This document shows, piece after piece, positions 56,721 to 64,000 of a stretch of 64,000 bases of DNA. Within the stretch, counting starts at the first letter, position 1, and each line of letters starts with the position of its first letter. Under the pieces are notes generated by a model that was not told the DNA's origin, made no database searches, and worked only from the letters and a program-made list of their open reading frames with translations. The DNA is taken from contig JBBIVV010000001.1 in NCBI GenBank assembly GCA_037439545.1, forward strand, positions 32,001-96,000, written 5' to 3'. The stretch comes from a bacterium (lineage in GTDB: Bacteria; JAMCPX01). The translations under genes and the position numbers were made by a program.

Positions 56721-57836
56721 ATGGATTTTATAAAGGGGATACCGAAACTGAGTTCATCGATATCTTACAATACGCTGAGCCTTACGCCTACTGAAGGATA
56801 TTTCCTTTCAAGGATAGACGGGGTGAGTTCTGTAGAGGAAATCGCTTCTCTCAGCGGGCTCCCTTATGATCAGGCCATAGGCGTAATAAAATCCCTTTGG
56901 AATAAAAAGGTCTTTGCAGTCGAGGGGGTCGAACAGAGTGCCGGTGAAGAAAATGATGTTGATTTAAACGAAGATGAAAGATATGCTATAGAAAAAATGG
57001 CTAAAACGACGGAGAATGGCACCTATTATCAGATACTTTCCCTGCCTTTTGACGTTAAACCGGAACAGGTAAAGGTAAGGTTTTTCGAGCTTTCCAAAAG
57101 CTTTCATCCGGACAAATATTTTAGGAAGAACATAGGCAGATACAAAGACATGCTTACGATGATTTTCAAGAAGATGTCGGAAGCTTATGAGGTGTTGTAT
57201 GACCCTCAGAAAAAAAGATGGTATGATTCGGAGCTGAGGAAGCCAAAGCCGTCAGAACCAAGCGCTGCCCAAAAGCCGCCGGCTCCGAAAATTAATACGA
57301 CAGCCGAAGTCATAGAGGTAAAGAGTGTACAGAAACGGCAGGCGCAGGAGGAAACAAACAAAAGCCGGAATGATATCGATAGTACCGAAGAGACCCAGGC
57401 TTATGAAGACGAGGATAACATAAGTGAATCTGTAAGCACTGAAGAGACCGTGGAGTTTGAGAAACCGGAATCCGTTGATTCCATTATAGAACAGAAGATC
57501 GCCCTTATTAAGGAGAATCTTGACAAAAATATGCTCGATCAGGCTTTAAAGGAAATGGACATAGTCAAGAATATCAAGGATGTAAGAATACCTTTACTAA
57601 TGGCAAATTATTATTTAAAAGAGAATGATCTTTTAAGTGCCAAAGATTATGCAAGGACGGCGGTAGAATACGATGAAAAGAATATAAAAGCTTACGAAAT
57701 ACTTGGCAGCATATACATGAAGTTTAAGCTATACAGAAACGCATTAAAGGTGTATGAGACAATTATAAAGGTTACTCCGGATAATATCTATGCGGTTAAA
57801 ATGATAAAAGAAATAAAATTATTAATAGAGGATTAA
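56721..57836 (+). CDS. J-domain co-chaperone with N-terminal winged-helix-like and C-terminal TPR regions
   Basis: YYQILSL...SKSFHPDKY...AYEVL J-domain with HPD; C-terminal TPRs; start may be 56706. Confidence 0.85.
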   Translation: MDFIKGIPKLSSSISYNTLSLTPTEGYFLSRIDGVSSVEEIASLSGLPYDQAIGVIKSLWNKKVFAVEGVEQSAGEENDVDLNEDERYAIEKMAKTTENGTYYQILSLPFDVKPEQVKVRFFELSKSFHPDKYFRKNIGRYKDMLTMIFKKMSEAYEVLYDPQKKRWYDSELRKPKPSEPSAAQKPPAPKINTTAEVIEVKSVQKRQAQEETNKSRNDIDSTEETQAYEDEDNISESVSTEETVEFEKPESVDSIIEQKIALIKENLDKNMLDQALKEMDIVKNIKDVRIPLLMANYYLKENDLLSAKDYARTAVEYDEKNIKAYEILGSIYMKFKLYRNALKVYETIIKVTPDNIYAVKMIKEIKLLIED

Positions 57837-57838
57837 CT

Positions 57839-59416
57839 ATGAGTAAAGTAATAGGAATAGATCTTGGAACCACGAATTCATGTGTAGCGATGATGGTCAA
57901 TAAGCAGCCTGTCGTAATACCCAACAAGGCGGGTTACAGGATAACCCCGTCATATTTCGCAATAACAAAAGACAACAAAAAGCTTGTCGGGAACCTTGCA
58001 AAACGCCAGGCGGTAATTAATCCCGACAATACGGTATTCGCCTTTAAACGGCTTATAGGGAGAAGGTTCGATGCACCGGAATCAGAGGTAGCACAGAAAA
58101 ATGTCGCTTATCGTCTCATCAAAGGACCGAACGAGGATGTCAGGATAAATATTGCAGGCAAAGACTACAGTATACCCGAGATATCCGCAATGATACTCAT
58201 AGAAATGAAAAAGGTTGCCGAAGAGTACCTTTCGGAAGAGGTCAAAGAGGCTGTTATAACAGTGCCTGCGTATTTCAACGACAACCAGAGACAGGCGACC
58301 AAAGATGCCGGAAAGATAGCGGGGCTCGATATCCTCAGGATCATAAATGAACCTACGGCAGCGGCAATAGCGTATGGCTTGAACAGGCATGTCGATAATG
58401 AGAAAGTGCTTGTTTATGATTTTGGCGGCGGTACGTTCGATGTATCCATACTCGAGATCCATAAAGGCGTGTTTGAGGTCATATCGACATCCGGCGACAC
58501 ATACCTCGGGGGAGAGGATATTGACAACAGGCTCATACAGCTCTTTTTAAAGGAAATAAAAGATACAATAAACATCGATCTCGTTTCGGACAGAATGGCG
58601 CTTCAGAGGTTGAAAGAGGCTGCAGAAAAAGCCAAGATAGAACTTTCAGGCGGCATGGAATCGATGGTCAACCTTCCGTTTATCGCTTATGATAAGACGG
58701 GACCAAGACACTATACTCGCAGGATTACGCGCCACGAACTTGAACAGCTCTCCGTGGATCTGATCGATAAGACTATCGGCATAGTAAAACAGGCGCTTGA
58801 AAATGCAAAACTAAGCACTTCTGATATAAATGAGATTATACTTGTCGGCGGTCAGACAAGGATGCCATTGCTCGTGGAGAAGGTAAAGAAGTTTTTCGGC
58901 AAAGCTTCGCACAAGGGCGTTAACCCCGATGAAGTCGTTGCAATAGGTGCTGCAATTGATGCAGTTGCTCTTGCTGAAGGTTCGAGTGATATGCTGCTCC
59001 TTGACGTTACCCCGCTTTCACTCGGTATTGAGACCCACGGTGGTGAATTTGCCAAGATCATAGAGAGGAATACGACAATCCCTGTAAAAAAGAGCCATGT
59101 TTTTACCACATCGTACGATAACCAGAGTGCAGTAAGAATAAGGGTCTTTCAGGGGGAAAGCAAATCAGCGGAGGATAACGAATTGCTCGGAGAATTTATA
59201 CTGTCAGGCATCAGAATGACAAAGAAGGGTGAACCGAGGATAGACGTCAGCTTTGATATCGATAACAACGGTATCGTGAATGTCTCGGCAGTCGATCTCG
59301 ATACGGGACTCGAAAACAAGATAGAGATCATGTCAAGCAGTAAACTGACGGAAGATGAGATTAAGACCATGTCGGATGAAGCCCATCTTTATGAAATTGA
59401 TCTGAAAGACGAATGA
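57839..59416 (+). CDS. dnaK: Hsp70/DnaK paralog, C-terminally short
   Basis: [47 protein letters not shown]; 525 aa. Confidence 0.9.
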   Translation: MSKVIGIDLGTTNSCVAMMVNKQPVVIPNKAGYRITPSYFAITKDNKKLVGNLAKRQAVINPDNTVFAFKRLIGRRFDAPESEVAQKNVAYRLIKGPNEDVRINIAGKDYSIPEISAMILIEMKKVAEEYLSEEVKEAVITVPAYFNDNQRQATKDAGKIAGLDILRIINEPTAAAIAYGLNRHVDNEKVLVYDFGGGTFDVSILEIHKGVFEVISTSGDTYLGGEDIDNRLIQLFLKEIKDTINIDLVSDRMALQRLKEAAEKAKIELSGGMESMVNLPFIAYDKTGPRHYTRRITRHELEQLSVDLIDKTIGIVKQALENAKLSTSDINEIILVGGQTRMPLLVEKVKKFFGKASHKGVNPDEVVAIGAAIDAVALAEGSSDMLLLDVTPLSLGIETHGGEFAKIIERNTTIPVKKSHVFTTSYDNQSAVRIRVFQGESKSAEDNELLGEFILSGIRMTKKGEPRIDVSFDIDNNGIVNVSAVDLDTGLENKIEIMSSSKLTEDEIKTMSDEAHLYEIDLKDE

Positions 59417-59994
59417 TGAAAAAGCCGGAATATATTCTGAAAAACGAAGAAATCCTCCATATCTTTGAGTCCGGACTTGACAGTTTTGCACTGGGTGATT
59501 TTATAGCAGCTCAGAAATTGTGGAAAAAGGTCCTTGAGCTCGATCCGGAGAACGAGCTTGCCATGGACTACATTCGCTCCATGGAGGAAGAGATACCTTT
59601 TGAAGACAAGAAGCTTGCGGACAAAGAGCTGCTCGACGAGGCGATAAGACTTATAGGAAAAAATCAGCTTGAACCTGCTTATGAGTTGCTCGAAATGATA
59701 CTGAAAGACGCTCCCGGCAATAAAAAGGCGCAGAAATTTCTTGATACGACAAAAGGATTGTTATTGAAAGATTATGTCAATGAGATCGGAAGTACCAGCT
59801 CTATCATAAAATTGAAGAAAGACATGAATGAGATTATGAAGATAAACCTCACGAGAGAGTCGGCGTTCATCATCGCGACGATAGACGGCAGTCTGAGTGT
59901 CGATGAACTCCACGCTTTGAGTAATGTTGACAGATTCAGCTTTATGAGAAATCTGGTTATGCTGTTGAGAAACGATATTATAAATATAAATTAA
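59413..59994 (+). CDS. TPR protein with C-terminal winged-helix-like motif
   Basis: [39 protein letters not shown] overlap with the dnaK stop. Confidence 0.7.
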   Translation: MMKKPEYILKNEEILHIFESGLDSFALGDFIAAQKLWKKVLELDPENELAMDYIRSMEEEIPFEDKKLADKELLDEAIRLIGKNQLEPAYELLEMILKDAPGNKKAQKFLDTTKGLLLKDYVNEIGSTSSIIKLKKDMNEIMKINLTRESAFIIATIDGSLSVDELHALSNVDRFSFMRNLVMLLRNDIININ

Positions 59995-60009
59995 TCTGAG
60001 GAGACGAAC

Positions 60010-61194
60010 GTGAAAGAGATAAAGAAGGTTGTCGTGGCGTATTCCGGCGGACTGGATACATCGGTTATACTGAACTGGTTAAAGGAAAAATACAACTGTG
60101 AGGTCATTGCATTTATAGCTGATTTGGGGCAGGGTGAGGCGCTCGAAGAAATAAAAGAAAAGGCATTAAAAACAGGTGCGAAACAGGCATATATAAAAGA
60201 TGTGAAGGACGTTTTCGTGGCGGATTATATATTTCCGATGCTGCGGGCAAATGCCCTGTATGAGGGCGCATATTTGCTCGGAACATCCATTGCAAGACCA
60301 TTGATAGCAAAAACGCAGATGGAAGTTGTAAAAGAGACCGGGGCCGACGCAGTTGCACATGGTGCAACAGGCAAAGGCAACGATCAGGTCAGGTTTGAAC
60401 TTACCTATTATACCATTGATCCGAAGATCCATGTTATTACTCCATGGAGGGAATGGGAGTTCAAATCGAGGACACACCTTATTGAGTATTCCCGGAAACA
60501 CGGTATTCCTGTTACGGCAACGAAGGACAAACCTTATTCGAGCGACAGGAATATATTCCACATAAGCTACGAGGGCGGCATTCTCGAGGACCCATGGTCA
60601 GAACCTCCATCGGACATGTACACCCTTATGACATCACCCGAGAAGGCCCCGGACAAACCCGTTTATATCGAGATATCTTATGAAAAAGGAAATCCGGTCG
60701 CGGTGAATGGCAAAAGGAAACAACCCCTCGAGTTGCTTGAGACCCTGAACAAAATAGGAGGAGAGAACGGCATCGGAAGGGTTGACCTTGTCGAGAACAG
60801 GTATGTCGGTATAAAATCAAGGGGTGTCTATGAAACACCGGGCGGGACGATACTTCACCATGCACACAGGGCAATGGAATCCATAACCCTCGATAGAGAA
60901 GTTTACCATATGAAGGACAGCATGATTACCAAGTATGCGGAGATGGTGTACTACGGCTACTGGTTTTCACCGGAAAGAATTGCACTCCAGAAGTTTATCG
61001 ATGAGACACAGAACAATGTGACCGGTGATGTGAGATTGAAATTGTACAAGGGTAATGTGCTTGTTGCCGGCAGGAGATCGCCTTACTCACTTTATAATCT
61101 GTCCCTTGCAACATTTGAAGAAGAGTATGTTTATAACCAGAAAGACGCTGAAGGGTTTATCAAGATTAACGCCCTCAGACTAAAACGATTTTAG
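60010..61194 (+). CDS. argG: Argininosuccinate synthase
   Basis: [38 protein letters not shown]. Confidence 0.98.
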   Translation: MKEIKKVVVAYSGGLDTSVILNWLKEKYNCEVIAFIADLGQGEALEEIKEKALKTGAKQAYIKDVKDVFVADYIFPMLRANALYEGAYLLGTSIARPLIAKTQMEVVKETGADAVAHGATGKGNDQVRFELTYYTIDPKIHVITPWREWEFKSRTHLIEYSRKHGIPVTATKDKPYSSDRNIFHISYEGGILEDPWSEPPSDMYTLMTSPEKAPDKPVYIEISYEKGNPVAVNGKRKQPLELLETLNKIGGENGIGRVDLVENRYVGIKSRGVYETPGGTILHHAHRAMESITLDREVYHMKDSMITKYAEMVYYGYWFSPERIALQKFIDETQNNVTGDVRLKLYKGNVLVAGRRSPYSLYNLSLATFEEEYVYNQKDAEGFIKINALRLKRF

Positions 61195-61202
61195 GAGAAA
61201 CA

Positions 61203-62237
61203 ATGGCGGGATTGTTTGTAAGTTTATTTTCGAATGACTTGAGCATAGATCTCGGTACTGCCAATACGCTTGTCTACGTAAAGGGCAAAGGTATTGTCGC
61301 GAACGAGCCGTCCGTTGTCGCAATTTATACCGACAGCCATGGTGTAAAGAAAATACTTGCCGTCGGCAATGAAGCGAAGAAGATGCTCGGAAGGACACCG
61401 GGCAATATATCTGCGATAAGGCCTTTGAGGGAAGGTGTTATAGCTGATTTCTATGTTACCGAACAGATGCTCAAGTACTTTATCAGCAAGGCGCAAAACA
61501 ACCGTTATACGCTTATGAGGCCGAGGATCATTGTCTGTATTCCGCTGGGCCTTACGCCTGTCGAGAAAAAAGCCGTAAAAGAATCGGCGGAATCGGCAGG
61601 AGCTAAAGATGTTTTTCTTATCGAAGAGCCTATGGCTGCTGCAATTGGAGCAGGTCTTGATATAACAAAGCCATCCGGAAACATGATCGTAGACATCGGC
61701 GGCGGAACAACGGGTGTTGCCGTCATCTCATTGTCGGGTATTGTCTACTCCCGCTCAATAAAGATTGGCGGTGACAAGATGGATGATGCAATAGTTAATT
61801 ATATGAAAAAGAAATACAACATGCTCATAGGTGAATCGACGGCAGAGGGTATAAAGATATCGATCGGCAGCGCCTATCCTTTAAACACGCCGCTCAAGTT
61901 CGATGTCCGCGGCAGAGACCTTCTTACAGGCATACCGAAGATGCTTGAAATTACAGATGAAGAGGTGCGTGAGGCTCTCCAGGAGCCCCTTGAGTCCATC
62001 ATTGACGTTATAAAAGAGGCGCTGGAACATACGCCGCCGGAGCTTGCCGCTGATATAGTTGAAAAGGGCATCGTGCTGTCGGGCGGCGGTTCAATGCTCA
62101 GGAATCTCGATGTGCTTATTAGGGAGCACACCGCTTTGCCCGTTATAACTGTAGACGATCCCCTTACCAGTGTCGTTAAAGGGAGCGGCAAGGTACTCGA
62201 TGAACTTGCAAAACTCGGCAAGGTGCTGGTAACATAG
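61203..62237 (+). CDS. mreB: Rod shape-determining protein MreB
   Basis: IDLGTANT, EPSVVA, IEEPMAAAIGAG, DIGGGTT, TPPELAADI. Confidence 0.97.
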   Translation: MAGLFVSLFSNDLSIDLGTANTLVYVKGKGIVANEPSVVAIYTDSHGVKKILAVGNEAKKMLGRTPGNISAIRPLREGVIADFYVTEQMLKYFISKAQNNRYTLMRPRIIVCIPLGLTPVEKKAVKESAESAGAKDVFLIEEPMAAAIGAGLDITKPSGNMIVDIGGGTTGVAVISLSGIVYSRSIKIGGDKMDDAIVNYMKKKYNMLIGESTAEGIKISIGSAYPLNTPLKFDVRGRDLLTGIPKMLEITDEEVREALQEPLESIIDVIKEALEHTPPELAADIVEKGIVLSGGGSMLRNLDVLIREHTALPVITVDDPLTSVVKGSGKVLDELAKLGKVLVT

Positions 62238-62243
62238 TACAAA

Positions 62244-63071
62244 ATGTGGGACTGGCTTGTTAAGCATCACAGACATGTGATAGTACTGCTGATCCTGATC
62301 CTCACCTTTCAGCTTGCTTATTCCGACATCTTTTCCAGAGGACCGCTTGTCGGACCTTCGAAACTCATATTCGAAGGCGGAGCCGGGATAATGTCGGGCG
62401 TAGCCGGTGTTTTTAACGGTATACGAAAAACATGGAATAACTATATTGCACTTATCGATGTAAAAAAGGAAAACGTCGGGCTGAAAGACCAGGTGGCAAT
62501 GCTTCAAATGAAGTTAAAGCTGCTCCAGGATATAGAGATCAGGTACCAGAATATCTTAAACGTATTAAATCTTCCCCTGCCGCATAAGAATCTCTCTTAT
62601 GTAACCGCCATTGTTTCAGCAAGAGACATGAACAGCATATTCAAATCTATCATAGTCAACAAGGGTGAGCTCGACGGCATAAAGAAAGGCAACGGCGTCC
62701 TCTCCACCGCAGGTGTTGTCGGAAGGGTCGTGAAGTTGACACCGCATGCAGCCGAGATACTCCTGTTAACGGATGCAGACAGCTACATTGAAGGCATTGA
62801 TGAAAAGAGCAGGATACGGGGCATTGTCAATGGCGCAGGGTCGGACAAACTGAAATTTCTGTATATCCTTTCAGGCGATCCGATCAATGCCGGGGATAGT
62901 TTGATCACGGGCGGCAAGGACGGCGTGTTTCCCGAAGGGATCATGATAGGTACGGTAACAGGGATAAAAGGCAATCCCCAGGGCTGGTTGTTCAAAGATA
63001 TTTCTATAAAACCGTCGGTCGATATAAACAGGCTTAACTATGTCATGGTCATAACAGGGGAAAAACAGTGA
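62244..63071 (+). CDS. mreC: Rod shape-determining protein MreC
   Basis: TM helix plus coiled coil, INKG-like IVNKG, GVVGRV, GVFPEGI. Confidence 0.93.
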   Translation: MWDWLVKHHRHVIVLLILILTFQLAYSDIFSRGPLVGPSKLIFEGGAGIMSGVAGVFNGIRKTWNNYIALIDVKKENVGLKDQVAMLQMKLKLLQDIEIRYQNILNVLNLPLPHKNLSYVTAIVSARDMNSIFKSIIVNKGELDGIKKGNGVLSTAGVVGRVVKLTPHAAEILLLTDADSYIEGIDEKSRIRGIVNGAGSDKLKFLYILSGDPINAGDSLITGGKDGVFPEGIMIGTVTGIKGNPQGWLFKDISIKPSVDINRLNYVMVITGEKQ

Positions 63072-63565
63072 GATATCTATTCTGGATAACCGGTGTAACT
63101 GCGGCGGGAGCACTGCAGGGGATACTGAACAATTATATGCCCGTGTTTCTTGCTCCGAACCTATTCTTGATGTTTACCGTTTATATGACTTTTTACTACG
63201 GTTATTATACGGCGTTGCTCGGTATTATTTTTATGTCTTATATCAGCTCCGTGTTCAGCTACGGCAGTATCTGGTTTTATATGTTCTCTTATATAACCGT
63301 TTTTTACCTGTTAAATTTCTTTAAAAAGTTTTTTGACAGGAAACAGCTTGCGGCAATTATCGTTTTGTCCCTGATAACGACCCTGATCTACCCGCTCTTT
63401 GTACTTTTCCCTGCCGTGCTTTCAGAAAAAACTGTGTTATTTAAAGAGGCGTTCGATCTGAGCTTCATGCAGCTGCCCGGTAATGTTGCTGCTGCATACT
63501 TTATATTCAGGTATGCCCCCATTATGGATTACAAGTTTAAAGCACATATACAAATTGTGTCATAA
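63068..63565 (+). CDS. mreD: Rod shape-determining protein MreD (divergent)
   Basis: 165-aa polytopic membrane protein between mreC and mrdA. Confidence 0.72.
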   Translation: MRYLFWITGVTAAGALQGILNNYMPVFLAPNLFLMFTVYMTFYYGYYTALLGIIFMSYISSVFSYGSIWFYMFSYITVFYLLNFFKKFFDRKQLAAIIVLSLITTLIYPLFVLFPAVLSEKTVLFKEAFDLSFMQLPGNVAAAYFIFRYAPIMDYKFKAHIQIVS

Positions 63566-63579
63566 CGCCGGTACTCATT

Positions 63580-64000
63580 ATGAATTTTAATGACGAATTC
63601 AATGCATACGATCCGGAAGCTCTGGAAACCGGGAGGGTATACCGGATACTATTTGTTATCATGAGCCTGCTCGTGGCTGTTATTATCGTCAGACTCTGGT
63701 ATCTTCAGATATATAAGGGCTCGCAACTGGAATATTATTCACAAAACAATCATTTGCGCAGGATAGATATTATTGCGCCGAGGGGCAAGCTCTATGACAG
63801 GAACGGCCTATTGCTTGCAGATAACAATGTCAGCTATTCTTTATACATTACGCCGCCGGAATTTAAATATACTGAAAAGGAAAGGCTTTCACAGATCGTA
63901 GATATAAAGGTGAAAGATCTGGATGCGAAGCTGTCTGTATGGGACGGATTTTCCTACACTCCGTTGCTCATAGATCCCTACCTTTCATGGGAGCAAGTCT
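63580..64000 (+). CDS. mrdA: Penicillin-binding protein 2, 3'-truncated by the window edge
   Basis: Manual translation ...VRLWYLQIYKG...IIAPRGKLYDRNGLLLADN; follows mreBCD. Confidence 0.92.
   Translation, partial: MNFNDEFNAYDPEALETGRVYRILFVIMSLLVAVIIVRLWYLQIYKGSQLEYYSQNNHLRRIDIIAPRGKLYDRNGLLLADNNVSYSLYITPPEFKYTEKERLSQIVDIKVKDLDAKLSVWDGFSYTPLLIDPYLSWEQV

Noticed and set aside
1..64000. CRISPR arrays, tRNA/rRNA, prophage, IS or defence systems
   Set aside because: No regularly spaced repeats, cloverleafs, integrase/transposase or defence motifs were recognised by eye; tRNAscan/Infernal were not run.

Overview
Gene-dense bacterial chromosomal segment, mostly housekeeping genes, from a diderm that looks deltaproteobacterial or myxobacteria-like. 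That lineage call is inferred from MglA, DUF4388, DUF507 and DUF2378-like genes. In order, the window holds: tol-pal (tolQRAB-pal-cpoB) with tsaD-rsmA; pyruvate carboxylase pycAB, amrB and an M48 peptidase; plsY; an MshEN-pilT-HD-GYP block; a di-heme peroxidase plus a Cyc2-like cytochrome-porin; a nucleotidyltransferase/HprK-like kinase/radical SAM cassette; rpmH-rnpA-yidD-yidC extended by two paralogous beta-propeller lipoproteins, with no adjacent dnaA; a birA-coaX-EF-G2-SPOR-mglA operon; a six-gene thiol-redox cluster; a lipoprotein hydrolase; fadD; fur; a J-protein/lidless DnaK/TPR unit; argG; and mreBCD-mrdA. No rRNA, tRNA, CRISPR array, integrase or transposase was seen. The best leads are: an unannotated, independently expressed 16-aa lysine-rich micropeptide gene (52248-52298); the peroxidase/Cyc2-like operon under a PerR/Fur-type box; the radical SAM/kinase/NTase cassette; the tandem propeller lipoproteins with a Cys-pinned insert; and a probable CUG start for rnpA. 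All family calls come from motif recognition by eye, not database searches.
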